Position numbers and translations under genes: made by a program | Notes under the pieces: model-generated | Seen by the model: only the letters and a program-made list of their open reading frames with translations | Told to the model about the DNA's origin: nothing | Databases searched by the model: none | NCBI RefSeq assembly: GCF_018350175.1 | Contig: NC_058368.1 | Span: 212,538,001-212,602,000 of the forward strand | Reading direction: 5' to 3' | Length of the DNA stretch: 64,000 bases | From: Felis catus | Taxonomy: Eukaryota | Shown here: piece by piece, positions 1-13,500 of the stretch | How the letters are laid out: every line of letters begins with the position of its first letter | How positions within the stretch are numbered: position 1 is the stretch's first letter

Positions 1-853
1 AGGACCTCTATTTCCTTTAAAACTGAGCCATAGAAGTGACGATTATCCCACATGTAATTAAGCCAATTTCTTCAGTAATACAGAGCAAAGTAATTTAAAT
101 TTGTTGAGTCTTGTATTTAACTTATGGCTGGAAGTTCTAGGCATAAAAATCATTATGCAATTTTGAATGGATCTTATGGGTGATGTCAGTTTTTATAGAC
201 ACCTGTCTCCCAAGAAGGAGTGCTGTGTCTGCCCAGCATACTTCTGAAATCCTGGCTTCTTTGGCTGAAAGGAATGTTTGTGGTGAGACTATGTTTATTC
301 AGACTGCCTGAGGTTACTCCGCTAGTTCTTTGTTTTAAACTCATGATAGAAAAGATAAATTTTAAGGAAAATCTTTAAAGTATGCATATATGGGCTTGAG
401 AATTAAGTATTTCATTATCATTATCTGAGGACATTTGAAGAACTGGTGATATGTTAAAAGGGTCTTACAGTTACTAAATGCAAGACAATAGAGGGTGTAT
501 TAGCTTAAATATTCTAGACAAATATTAGCAGATCAAATTATGTTACTGTGAGCCAGGTAGCAAACAACTTGAAAGCTATTGATGCAAGTTGTGGTTACAT
601 TAAGTTATTAATTAAATAGGAATTTCATCCTCCAAAATTCCATATCATCTGTGGTATGTATGATGCAAGTCCGTACTGCAAATGCCAAGGTGTTGATCTT
701 AATAGTGCAATTTAAGCAATTTTTTTCAACAGGGTAGTTTAATTTTCTTCCAAGAAATATCTGCTTTCTGCTAAAAATCTTTCTACCTGCCTAATATTTT
801 AAACTTAATGAAACTAATTGGCAGCATTTTTTGTAAAAAGCAGTATTTTCTAA

Positions 854-1800
854 TGTAAATGCCATCCAGCTAAAGACCACCAGGAATAGGTCTTTAATTG
901 AAAAAGTTTGCTTTATTACTTGATACAGTAAGAAAAGATGCACACTATGGAATCACTGGGTGTCTCTGTAAGCAGACTGTTATAGATTAAATGTTTGTGT
1001 CCCCTCACCAATTTCATGTTATGAAATCCTAACCCCCAACATGTTGGTATTTGAAGATGAGGCCTTTAGGAAGTAATCAGGGTTAGATGAGGTCATGAGG
1101 GTGGGGTCCTCATGATGGGATTAGTGCCCTTATAAGAAGAGACACCAGAAAGCTTGCTCTCTCTCTCTCTCTCCCCCCACCATGTTAGGACACCATGAGA
1201 AGGCAGCCATCTGCAAGTCAGGAACAGAGTTCTCACTAGAAACCAATCAGGCTGACACCCTGTTCTTAGACTTCTAGTCCCCAGAACCACAAGGAAATAA
1301 ATTTCTGTTGTTTAAGCTATCTACTCTATGGTATTTTGTTATGGTAGCCTGAGCAGAATAATACAAGCGTGTTTGAAGGAATCTATTATAGCATTTGGGC
1401 ATTGGTTGGGTGATTTGAAGGAGGAGAGGTTTGCTCTGCATAGGGTACTGTCAGAAAGTGGGGACAATTCCATAACTGGTTTTCTCAATAAGTGGACAGG
1501 GCAGACAAAAGAGTAGGTAAAGCTGTAAGTGGTAAAGAAGCAGCAATCATTCAAATTAGCCAGGGTAGAGGGATGTTTGATATTTTATGAGTGTCACAGT
1601 GGCTGTGATTTGTCTGTGCTTAGATTGAATTATAAAGTGACATCATTTTGTCTCACACTGTCATGACCTCAGAGTGACCTTGTCTGATATTGGTATCATG
1701 TGAGACTTTTTATGTCCAGCAGGGGAATACATGGCATAGCTGTGAGCACAGGGCCAGCTTCTTAACAACAAGCTTATTAGCTGTACATGCCAAACCATTT
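854..1800 (-). mobile_element. Old ERV-type solo LTR remnant (family uncertain), split by an MLT1 LTR at 978-1365
   Basis: Sequence either side of the MLT1 insertion (taaagaccaccaggaa...ctttattact...ctctgtaag | gtgtttgaagga...gggccagctt) reads as one LTR-like element. The tttatt would be AATAAA on the minus strand. Recognised from memory only. Confidence 0.5.
978..1365 (+). mobile_element. MaLR solo LTR, MLT1A-like
   Basis: TG...CA termini (tgttatagattaaatgtttgtgtcccc ... gcagaataataca). Typical internal motifs gatgggattagtgcccttataagaagaga and aataaatttctgttgtttaagc. Confidence 0.88.
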
Positions 1801-2799
1801 GCCTGATTCTGATTCCTAGTTTCTTCTTTTTCACTGACCAGAAAGTTTGTTTCTAGATGTTTTAGAAGATTTATTTCTTCCAATAGTAAAGATATTTTAT
1901 TTTTAAAAAGACATTTTTAAATTTAGGGTCTTAATTATACAAGCAAATATTAAATAGGTAATAAGGTCATATTTTTAAAATCTTAAATTTCTTTCTTATG
2001 AAAGAAAACTTAAATAACATGTAAATCAATGACTCATTTGATGCTGGTGTCCTCTCTTTGACATACTTGCTTAGGAGTTGCCCAAAATATACTGAAATAT
2101 TTCCAATACAATGAAACATTTGGATGCCTGAGACAGTGCATTCCATAAATCAGACAGTTCAGCTGCTCCTTGATTCCTAATATCTTCTATCCATGGGCTG
2201 TTCTTATACCCCTTCAAGCAATAAAGAATAAAACTAATGTTATTCATAGGAAAAGTATTTTCATCAAGAAAAAGAAAACCACATAAGTTCAAATTAAGAA
2301 ATCTTTTTTGAAAGGCTACAACATGCCATCTCAAAGACATTGATAAAAAGAAAATCCCCATTGCATTCTGGCAAGTTAAGCCTCTTCCTCACATCTTCCA
2401 GAAATTCATATCATCTCTCTTTTCTACTTCTCGTGGAGTATCTTTCTCATTTTTTAAAATTCTTGCCCATGATCTTTCTCTATTTCTGTTTCACTCATAA
2501 CTTCAGCCAGCAGATCACTTTGGCTTAGCCTGGTACCAGCTCAGAAGAAACTGGCATCCTCAATCCATAGTATATTTTATCTTAAGGAATTATGAACATC
2601 TAAGTGACTCAGCCTTGGGCCAGTTCAAATTTTGAGATGAGGGAATCTGCTTGGATCAGTTCAGCATATGAATTTCCTTGCTCTAAGTCTCATCTAATCA
2701 TTGTCCTCATTCAAACTTGTAGTCAAGGGCCAGGCTTGTATTCATTACAGAAACCTAATTCAGGCTCAAATAATTATTTATATACCAGATTAGGATAAA

Positions 2800-3265
2800 G
2801 ACTATGAAAATACAGTTTACAGAAAAGGAAATGTAAACAGTTCCTAAATCTATGAAAATGCTTAACTTACTCATGATATAAAATAAAACTACACTCTAAT
2901 GCCATTTTTTACCTGTAGAATTATTAAGAATTGAAATGCTAGATGTGTTAGATAATATACTATATTAGTGAGGCTGGGAGGAAGTAGACCTTTTCATACA
3001 TTGCTGGTAGGAGTGCATATTAATACAGTTTCTATGGAAATTAATTTGGCAAAATGTATTCAATTTTCATCAGTAGGAACTGATTAAGTACACTGAGATG
3101 CATAAAATGAAATGAAAAACTTTGTAAAGAATAATAAAGGACACACTTCATTTAATGAAATGTAAAGATTTACAAGATGTATTGCTAAGTGAAAAAAATC
3201 CAATTGCAAAGCATTATATATAGTAGTCTACCATTTATATAAAAACAAGGAGTGGACAAATAACC
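2800..3265 (+). mobile_element. Ancient L1M (L1ME-like) ORF2 3'/3' UTR remnant
   Basis: Degenerate L1 3' motifs: ttcatacattgctggtaggagtg, ttgctaagtgaaaaaa. Confidence 0.6.
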
Positions 3266-3309
<44 letters not shown>

Positions 3310-3366
3310 CTGTATATATATATATATATGTATACATATATATGTGTATATGTGTGTGTGTATATA

Positions 3367-3416
<50 letters not shown>
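3266..3416. repeat. Compound (TA)n/(TG)n microsatellite
   Basis: Directly visible dinucleotide runs; source of the spurious ORF 3276..3458. Confidence 0.97.
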
Positions 3417-3417
<1 letters not shown>

Positions 3418-4229
3418 CATTAAAATTTCTGGAAGGACATTCAAGAACTAAATATTAGTAAGAAGTGACAGAAGATAAAAGTAGGCGGGAGTGAATATAT
3501 CACTCATTCAAAAATTAGCTAACAAATAATTTTATAATAGAATAAATAGAGCTTCTGGTCACTATAAAAATTGCACTTGTTTTAATGTGTATCTCCCCAT
3601 ATTCCTTCAAATATAATACAGAACAACAAAAGAACAAACTACACGTAACTACACTCCAAGCATAACTGGAAGACAGAGAACATTCAAAGTCCAAATTACT
3701 TTTACATGTATATAATATATATTATACATATACATTTACATATATGTACAAATATTTATATTTAAATGAGCTGTCTCTCATGCTCTTCCTGTAAGTCTAC
3801 AAGCCTTCTTGTAAACTTGTACACTTACACTACAGGAAAAACTGCTGGAAAGAGAGTAGAAGAAAGCTAGTGATGGGTCAAAGATCGATAGAAAACCAAT
3901 ACCAGATAGGAGAAAGTTCACCCTTATGTTGAAATGATTGGAAAAATATGCTGGTAGATAAGAGCACTGACCACGTTAAAGAGATTTAAAAGTCCACACA
4001 ACTCCAGGTGGCAGTCTTTGTAAGACATTGCTTCTGGGGGAGAAAAAAACAAAAAGATAAGGGAAAGGTACTTTTGGAGATTGGGTAGTGAAGTATAAAG
4101 GAAGCAAAAAGAAATGTTAGGGTCTTACAATCCAAAAAGTAATCCAAAACTGGAGGACACACCATCCCTCCCCCACCTTACTCTGCAACCCCCCCACAAA
4201 ATTCATTAAACAAGGTGGATTCTACTACA

Positions 4230-7200
4230 CTGACAGAAGAGGGCACCATTGAACTAAAAATATTGGAAGCCACCACAGATTCACAAAATAAATAAGAGAA
4301 CAGTGAATAAATCTATTCAAAGCTGCCATAAGATAATAAAATAAGAATAAAAATATCTCATTTGATGAGAAGTTGTCCCAGAGAGCATGAAGAAGATAAA
4401 TTGCAATAAGAGAACTCCAAATTGAACTTAGAATTCTAAACAAGTACTTACAGATATGAAAACATTAAAGACAGAAATAGACAAAAAGTAATTAAAAGGA
4501 ATTGATTAAACTCAATAAATAAAGAAAGAAAAAGAGAAAATTATCATAAATATGATTATACAGGGTACTCAAGGGAAAACAGACTGAAGTTAAATTTTTA
4601 TGACACATTGAAATAGGAAAAAAAATGAAAAGTGACACACAAAAATAAAAAGGAACAGAGAGAAAGTGTTTGAAATGGAAGACAGGCAAAGGAGAGAGAG
4701 AGAGAGAGAGTGTATAAATTGGAGTCCTTAAAACAGAAAAAGGAAACAATGGGATAGAATTAACTCACAACTGTAATCCAAAATTTTTTTCTAGTTACAA
4801 ATGAAGATCTGAGCTAATATATTGAAAAGGTTCAGTGTGTACTTGAGAAAATGGGCCCGGAATGGCCAGCTTTGAGACATGTCCAAGTAAACTTTTAGAT
4901 TCTCAGATCTAGAAAAAAATTTTCTTAAAGGCACTTTTTCAAAAATATCAAATGACTTGTAAGGAGGGAAAAATAGCCTGGAGTCAGACTTCTCCAAAAC
5001 AACTTACAAAATAATAGAGATCGACAGCATAAATATGAAACAAAACAAAAAACTAGGAAGAAATTGTAAACCAAAGATTTTGTATTCAGATCTTAAGAAA
5101 ATAGAAAAACAATCTGCTGGAGGCAGGGTTTATTTAAATAAAGAGATAACTGAGAAAACTTCAGCAAAGTGGTTTATGGTAAACATTTAATATATTTTAT
5201 TGTACCTCTAAGACTAAAACAAATATAGGTACAGGGATGGATGTATAATTAGAAATATTATAATTCTGACAATGTAGAAATGATGTGAATAAAATATGGG
5301 AGGATTAAAGAGAGTTAAAAATAAATAGGAAAGAAGAATAAGGTCTTGGTAGTATATTCTCTATATGGGAGTTTAATGAACCATTAAATCCTAACAAATC
5401 AGATAATAACAGGCAACTAAAAAACTAAAAAGTTTTTTGCTATATATAGCCAGATAAAGGGCTAATATCCTGAATGTATAAAAAAACTCTTAAGTGAGAG
5501 GGAAGAAATACCAAATGCCTGATAGAAAAGTAGGTAAAAGATAATTAACAATTTACAAAAAGAGATATAAAAATCACCCTAATTAAAAGCCATTCAACCT
5601 CATTCCTAAATAGAAGAGATATAAATTGAAATTACACAAACATACCATTTTCATCTTTCAGATTGGCAAAATTAAAAACTATGAAAACATATTTGTTGGG
5701 AAAGCTGTCTGTAATCCAGCACTCATATATTGCTAGTGAGACAATTTCAAACATGCAAATCAGTACAACCTGTGGAGAAGGGGATTTGGCAATAGCTAAC
5801 AAAAGCACTTATACATTTATCTTTCAACCCACATAGCCCTTTATAGGAATCTATCCTTAACGTATACACCCAACAATTTGAAAATATATATACACAAGGT
5901 TATTCACTACAACATTGTTTGTAATTACAAAACATGAGAAACAACCTAAATGCCCCTATATAGAGGAGAGGTTGAACAAATTATGGTATTTCTCTCCAAA
6001 AGAATACTATGCAGCTGTAAAAAGAAAGAGGAAAATCTTCAAGCTCATAGAGAATGATTTGGAGTATACATGATTTTTTGAAAAGCAAAATATTAAAGAG
6101 TGTCTGGCATTTACTGAATTGTGTAAGAAAAAAAAATTTGCTTATTCAAGTATTCCAAAACACAGGAAGCATAACCAAAGACTGTGATAGTTACCACCAG
6201 GGGTGGTTAGGAATGGGGTAGAAAAGAATGGGAGTTATACAAATGGAATAGAATGTATGGGTTAGGGGAGAGACAGTTCTCTTAATTTGCACTATGTCAT
6301 AGTTCTGAATTTCAGTACCAAGATGATGTTTCACATTCTTGAATGAATGAATGAATGAATGAATGAATGAATGAATGAAATCAATAAGGGTTGGGCAGGG
6401 GAGACCAAAATGTATCCAACAGAAACAAATGAGAGCCTAATTGTATTCCAAATGAGTAATATAACTACACTGAGCGGGAGTGAGATGGATTAATTCTGGG
6501 AACTTTTGTGCACTATATTTTGATTATATACCATAAGGTTACATAAAAAATAACTATAAACAAATACTGATTCTAGTTACTAGGTTTGTTTTTCATAGGT
6601 GTTTAGGTTAGCAATTATGAAATATTTGAAGTATATTCTAGTACTGAGCAAATAGGTAAATATAGTGTGGGTTATAAGAGCCAGCTTTCTAATTGTCACA
6701 GAAGCAAATTACAGAAATGGAAAGGGAGAAGACTGAAGCTTTTGATGTTATATTGGAATTGGAGGTGTCAGTGTGAACTCATGGTTTCAAAATATAATGA
6801 TAGATATAGAAATAGTTATCGATGCATATATGTATTTAGATATTTTCTATCTCTGTGCACTGAGATGACCTCAACATAATACACTCTAGTACTAATAAGC
6901 ATCCCTAGCACCCAGATACTGGTTTCTAAATACCATTCTTCACTAAAAACAACCAGGGATTGTTAGAAAAATAACTGATTCCAGAGGTAGTGTAGCAAAA
7001 GTTGAAGTTGAAATTAGAATAACTTTTTTGTGTGGGTGCCAGTAGGTAAAGAAGTGCTCAAATAGTGATAGACACATAGCATAAAGGCACAGGAACTAGT
7101 TTGAAGAGCTCTCACTGGCCAAATCTTGGACAATTGAGCATCAAAATATATTAAAATCCATAAATTTTTACATATATAAACATAAATGAATATATAAATA

Positions 7201-7328
7201 AAAGGAGGATACAATAACTTCCTTTCCAATTGTAAAATATCAAATAGTAAATATAGAAGAGTGATGGAATTGTAAAAAAAAAATGAATCAACCATAGTAA
7301 TAAATGTTTCCATTAAGAATCATCAATA
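4230..7328 (+). mobile_element. Ancient L1M remnants (ORF1-like region, ORF2 3' end, L1MC/MD-type 3' UTR); host of the young L1 at 7329
   Basis: A-rich degenerate L1 motifs (cagataaagggctaatatcc, cacaaggttattcact, caacctaaatgccc). The 3' UTR resumes after 14586. Confidence 0.65.
6341..6378. repeat. (GAAT)n microsatellite
   Basis: About 9 tandem GAAT units visible. Confidence 0.95.
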
Positions 7329-8937
7329 GGGGGAGCCAAGATGGCAGAACAGCATGAAAGTGTTTTGTGTGTCTCGCGTCCATGAAATAAAGCCAGACCA
7401 ATACTAAACCATCCTGTAAACCTAGAAAACTGATCTGAGGATTAACACAACAGTCCGCACAACCTGAACCACAGAATTCAGCAGATGTATGGCATGAAGA
7501 GGTGAACTTGGGGAGAGAGAAGCCACGGAGGGCAGGGAGCCACTTTTGTGTGTGGTGAGAGGACGGAGACGGGTGTGTGTGTGTGGGGTGTGTGGGGGGA
7601 TAATATGGGAAAAGCACCCCTCCCCAAAAGCAGCTGGAGACAAAGTGTAAAATTGGAAACAGCTGCAGGAACTGAACTAAAAAGAGAGACAGGATAAAGG
7701 AGAGGGTTTAAATTCCATTAAGACTGTAAACAGGGGGAGCACAGAGTGTGAAACTCCACAGCTTGATACCTGGTGGTGCTCTGGTGGGAAGGGCAAATCC
7801 CCAGAAGCAGAGTGGGGTCCGGAAGGTTCTCGGTCCACATGGGGAGAAGTGGTTCCACTGCTGGAAGGACATTTGGTAGAGACTGTGAGACCACCAGGTC
7901 CCAACAGACCCCAGAGAACAGCCACATTTGCTGGTGCTGGAACAAGGTCATTAAGGGTGAAGCCTGGTGCCAGGTGTGTGTTGTGATTTTTCATAATCTA
8001 TGAAGCTGCAGCTGCACTATCTTGCAAACTTTTTCTGGGGCAGGCAGGCACCTGACCACAGTCTCTGGGCATTGGCAGCAGCATGGTATCGTGAACATTC
8101 CTGGGTGCGGCCGGCACCCCGACATTGCTCAGTAAGACCCTCCACAGGGGGCGGAACTGGTCAAAGCCACAGTCCCTTAGAAGTAAGGGGTTGGGGAAGA
8201 CAGCCGTATCTGAGACAAAGCTCAGGAGAGAGGTACTACCTGGGGCTCGGTCATGGACAGTGTAAAAGCAGGGAGTGGATGAAAGACAAAGGATAGGTGC
8301 ACAATTGCTGATGGGGAGGACAGAGTTCCCATATTACAGACTGGGTAGCTGGGTGGCGCCATTTTCACCGCTCTCGCACATGCGCATACACCTAGAAGCA
8401 CCACAACAATCCACTCCAGTAGGCTAGCAGCACCATCTAGGGGAGAATGGGCCATATGCTAAGCCCCGCCCAACTGGGCCATCCTTGCTCTTCAAGAACA
8501 CAAGTCTCACCAACTGCTTAGTGTATGGACTATAAAGCGCTTCATAGTTTGACTTGTAGGGGAAAACGAAATAATTTTAGTAGTATTTCAGTCTGTTAGC
8601 AGGTCCATCTATTCAATTTTCTTTCTTTCTTTTTTTTTCCTTTTCATTTCTTTTCTTTTTTTGAATACAGAAAGAGAAAAAATTCATTTTTATTTTCAAT
8701 TTTTATTAAAAATATTTTTCTTTAAATTTTTTTACTATATTTTTTACTTTGTGTAAATTTTTTCAAATTCTGTTTTATTTCCATCATTTCATTTCAGTCT
8801 ACTTCAGTGTATTGATTTTTTCAAATTTTCAAATGACTTCCTTTTTTTCTTTCTTTTTTCTCTTTTCTTTTCTTTTTCTTGAATACAGAAAGAGACAAAA
8901 TTCAATTCTATTTTCAATTTTTATTTAAAACATTTTT

Positions 8938-9153
8938 TTTCATTTTTTTTCAACGTTTATTTATTTTTGGGACAGAGAAAGACAGAGCATGAATGGGGGA
9001 GGGGCAGAGAGAGAGGGAGACACAGAATCAGAAACAGGCTCCAGGCTCTGAGCCATCAGCCCAGAGCCGGATGCGGGGCTCGAACTCACGGACCGCGAGA
9101 TCGTGACCTGGCTGAAGTTGGACACTTAACCGACTGCGCCACTCAGGCGCCCC
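8938..9153 (-). mobile_element. CAN-SINE (SINEC_Fc type) inserted in the L1 5' UTR
   Basis: Reverse complement of ggggcgcctgagtggcgcagtcggttaag...(CT)n...aaataaataaacgttg. TSD taaaacattttt at 8926-8937 and 9154-9165. Confidence 0.96.
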
Positions 9154-9174
9154 TAAAACATTTTTCTTTAGGGT

Positions 9175-9213
9175 GGCCGGTTAGCTCACTTGGTTAGAGC
9201 GTGGTGCTAATAA
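9175..9213 (+). pseudogene. Tailless retropseudogene: 5' half of tRNA-Ile(AAT)
   Basis: ggccggttagctcacttggttagagcgtggtgctaataa matches the first 39 nt of mammalian tRNA-Ile-AAT as I recall it (one mismatch) and ends at the anticodon loop. Flanked by aaaacatttttcttta (9155-9170) and aaaacatttttattta (9212-9227). Confidence 0.88.
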
Positions 9214-9550
9214 AACATTTTTATTTAATATTTTTCTACTATATTTTCTACTTTTCTGTAAATTTTTTCAAATTCTATTTTACTTTCATCATTTCATTTT
9301 AGTCTACTTCAGTGTATTCATTTTTGTCAAATTTTCAAATGATTTCCTTTTTTTTCTTTTTTCCCACTTTTCTCTCTAATCTATCAAGCCACTTTCAACA
9401 CTCAGAACAAAACACATGTAGGATCTAGCATCATTTATTCTATTTTTTGTGTTGTGTGTATTTTTAATTTTTTAATTTTAATACTTTTTCAAATTTTAAT
9501 TTTTTTATTTTATTTTTTTTCTACATCATTAATTCCTTTTCTCCCTTCAA

Positions 9551-10430
9551 AAGGTCAAAACAAATGAATTAACCCCAAAAGAAAGAGCAGGAAGAAATGA
9601 CATCCAGGGACTTAACCAACACAGATGCAAGCAAGATGTCTGAACCAGAATTTACAATCATGATAATAAGAATACTATCTGGAGATGAAAATAGATTACA
9701 GTCCCTCTCTGTGGAGATAAAAGAAGTAAAAACTAGTCAGGATGAAATAAAAAATGCTATAACGGAGCTGCAATCACAAATGGATATTGCAGCAGCAAGG
9801 ATGGATGAAGTAGAACAGAGAATCAGTGATATACAGGACAAACTTATGGAGAATAATGAAGCAGGAAAAAAAAGGGAGATTAAGGCAAAGGAGCATGATT
9901 TAATAATTAGAGAAGTCAGTGACTCATTAAAAAGGAACAACATCAGAATCATAGGGGTCTGAGAAGAGGGAGAGAGAGAAATAGGGGTAAAAGGGTTATG
10001 TGAGCAAATCATAGTGGAAAACTTTCCTAACCTAGGGAAAGACACAGACAACAAAATCCTGGAAGCACAGAGGATTCCCATTAGATTCAACAAAAACCGA
10101 CCATCAATAAGGCATATCAAAGTTAAATTCACAAAATACTCAGGCAAGGAAAGAATCATGAAAGCAGCAAGGGAAAAAAAAACGTCCTTAACCTACAAGG
10201 GAAGACAGATTAGGTTTGAAGCAGATCTATCCACAGAATCTTGGCAGGCCAGAAAAGACTGACATGATATATTCAATGTGCTGAATCAGAAAAACATGCA
10301 GCCAAGAATTCTTTATCCAGAAAGGCTGTCACTCAAACTAGAAACTAAAAGTTTCTGAGACAAAGAAAAATTAAAGGAGTTTGTGACCACTAAACCAGCC
10401 CTGCAAGAAATTTTAAGGAGGACTCTCTGA
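9551..10430 (+). pseudogene. L1 ORF1p (RNA-binding protein), disrupted
   Basis: Fragments 9597..9962 (coiled coil, ...DSLKRNNIRIIGV) and 10014..10262 (ENFPNLGK...YKGRQIR). Start codon lost; internal stops. Confidence 0.92.
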
Positions 10431-10540
10431 GGGGAGAAAAGATGAAAATATAAATAAATAAATAAATAAATATCAAAAGCAGCAAAGATTAGAAAGGACC
10501 AGAGAACACGACCAAAAACTCCAACTTTACAAGCAACATA

Positions 10541-13500
10541 CTGGCAATAAATTCATATCTTTCAATACTCACTCTAAATGTCAATGGGCTCAATGCTCCA
10601 ATCAAAAGACATAGGGTAACAGAATGGATAAGAAAACAAGATCCATCTATATGCTGTTTACATGAGACTCACTTTAGACCTAAAGACACCTTCAGATTGA
10701 AAATAAGGGGGTGGAGAACCATCTATCATGCTAATGGTCAACAAAAGAAAGCCAGAGTAGCCATACTTATATCATACAATCTAGACTTTAAAATAAAGAC
10801 TGTATCAAGAGATGCAGAAGGGCATTATATCATAATCAAGGGGGTATATCCACCAAGAAGACCTAACAATTGTAAACATTTATGCGCCAAATGTGAGAAC
10901 CCCCAAATACATAAATCAATTAATCACAAACATAAATTCATCAATAGTAATACCATAATAGTAGGAGACTTTGGCACCTCACTCACAGCAATGGAAAAAT
11001 CATCTAGTCAAAAAATCAACAAGGAATCAATGGCTTTGAATGGCACACTGGACCACATGGACTTAACAGATATATTCAGAACATTTCGTCCTAAAGCAGA
11101 GGAATATACATTCTTCTCCAGTGCACATGGAACGTTCTCCAGAATAGATCACATACTGGGACACAAATCAGCCCTCAGAGTACAAAGATATTGAGATCAT
11201 ACCATGCATATTGTCAGACCACAATGCTATGAAACTCGAAATCAACCACAAGAAAAAAATATGGAAAGTAACAAATACTTGGAGACTGAAGAACATCCTA
11301 CTAAAGAATGAATGGGCTAACCAAGCAGTTAAAGAGGAAATTAAAAAGTACATGGAAGCCAATGAAAAAGATAACATCATGACCCAAAATCTCTGGGATG
11401 CAGCAAAGGCGGTCATAAGAGGAAAGTATAATGCAATCCAGGCCTTCCTAAAGAAGGAAGAAAGATCTCAGATACACAACCTAACCTTACGCCTTAAGGA
11501 GCTGGAAAAACAACAGCGAATAAAACACAAAACCAGCAGAAGACAGGAAATAATAAAGATTAGAGCAGAAGTTAAAGCTATCGAAACCAAAAAAACAGTA
11601 GTACAGATGAATGAAACCAGAAGCTGGTTCTTTGAAAGAATTAACAAAATTGATAAACCACTAGCCAGTTTGATCAAGAAGAAAAAGGAAAGGACCCAAA
11701 CAAATAAAATCAAGAATGAAAGAGGAGAGATCACAACCAACACAGCAGAAATAAAAACAATAATAAGAGATTATTATGAGCAATCATATGCCAATGAAAT
11801 GGACAATCTGGAAGAAATGGACAAATTCCTAGAAACATATACACTACCAAAACTGAAACAGAAGAAATAGAAAATTTGAACAGACCCATAACCAGTAAGG
11901 ACATCAAACCAATAATCAAAAATCTGCCAAAAAATAAGAGTCCAGGGCCAGATGGCTTTCCAGGGGAATTCTACCAAACATTTAAGGAAGAGTTAACACC
12001 TATTCTCTTGAAGCTGTTCCAAAAAATAGAAATGGAAGGAAAACTTCCAAACTCTTTGTATGAAGCCAGCATTACCTTGATTTCAAAACCAGACAGAGAC
12101 CCCACTAAAAAGGAGAACTATAGACCACTTTCCCTGATGAACATGTATGCAAAAATACTCAACAAGATGTTAGCCAACCGGATCCAATAATACACTAAAA
12201 AAATTATCCACCATGACCAAGTGGGATTTATACATGGGATGCGTGGCTGGTTCAATATCTGCAAAACACTTAACATGATTCATCACATCAATAAAAGAAA
12301 GGACAAGAACCATATGATCCTCTCAATAGATGCAGAGAAAGCATTTGACAAAATACAACATCCTTTCTTGATAAAAGCCCTCAAGAAAGTAGGGATAGGA
12401 GGAGCATACCTCGAGATCATAAAAGCCATATATGAACGACCCAACGCTAATATCATCCTCAATGGGGAAAAACTGAGAGCTTTCCCCCTAAGGTCAGGAA
12501 CAAGACAGGGATGCCCAGTGTTGCCACTGTTATTCAACATGGTATTGGAAGTCTTAGCCTCTGCAATCAGACAACACAAAGAAATAAAAGGCATCTAAAT
12601 CAGCCAGGAGGAGGTCAAACTTTCACTCTTCGCAGATGACATGATACTATATATGGAAAACCCAAAAGATTCCACCAAAAAACTGCTAGAATTGATTCAT
12701 GAATTCAGGAAAGTTGCAGGATATAAAATCAACGCACAGAAATCGGTTGCATTCCTATACACCAACAATGAAGCAACAGAAAGAGAAATCAAGGAATCGA
12801 TTCCATTTGCAGTTGCACCAAATGCATAAATTAGCTAGGAATAAATCTACTCAAAGAAGTGAAAAATGTACATACTGAAAACTATAGAAAGCTTATGAAA
12901 GAAATTGAAGAAGACACACACACAAAAAAAATGGAAAAATATCCCAATCTCCTGGATAGGAAGAACAAATATTGTTAAAATGTCAATACTACCCAAAGCA
13001 ATCTATATATTCAGTGCAATCGCTATCAAAGTAACACCAGCATTCTTCACAGAGCTAGAACAAATAATCCTAAAATTTGTATGGAACCAGAGAAGACCCC
13101 GAATAGCCAAAGCAATCTTGAAAAAGAAAACCAAAGCAGAGAAGGCATCACAATCCCAGACTTCAAGCTATACTACAAAGCTGTAATCATCAAAACAGTA
13201 TGGTACTGGCGCAAGAACAGACACTGAGATCAATGGAACAGAATAAGCAACCCAGAAATGGACCCACAAACGTATGGCCAACTAATCTTTGACAAAGCAG
13301 GTAAGAATATCCAATGGAATAAAGACAATCTCTTCAGCAAGTGGTGCTGGGAAAATCGGACAGCGACATGCAGAAGACTGAACCTGGACCACTTTCTTAC
13401 ACCAGACACAAAAATAAACTCAAAATGGATGTAAGACCTAAATGTAAGACAGGAAGCTATCAAAATCCTCAAGGAGAAAGCAGGCAAAAACTTCTTTGAT

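Noticed and set aside
3276..3458. 60-aa Cys/Val/Tyr/Ile-rich ORF
   Set aside because: Translation of a dinucleotide microsatellite.
8967..9197. Recurrent peptide ...GRGRERGRHRI..RLQALSHQPRA... in several ORFs as a repeated protein domain
   Set aside because: Antisense translation of CAN-SINE copies (also 23822..24241, 52055..52366, 55789..56181).
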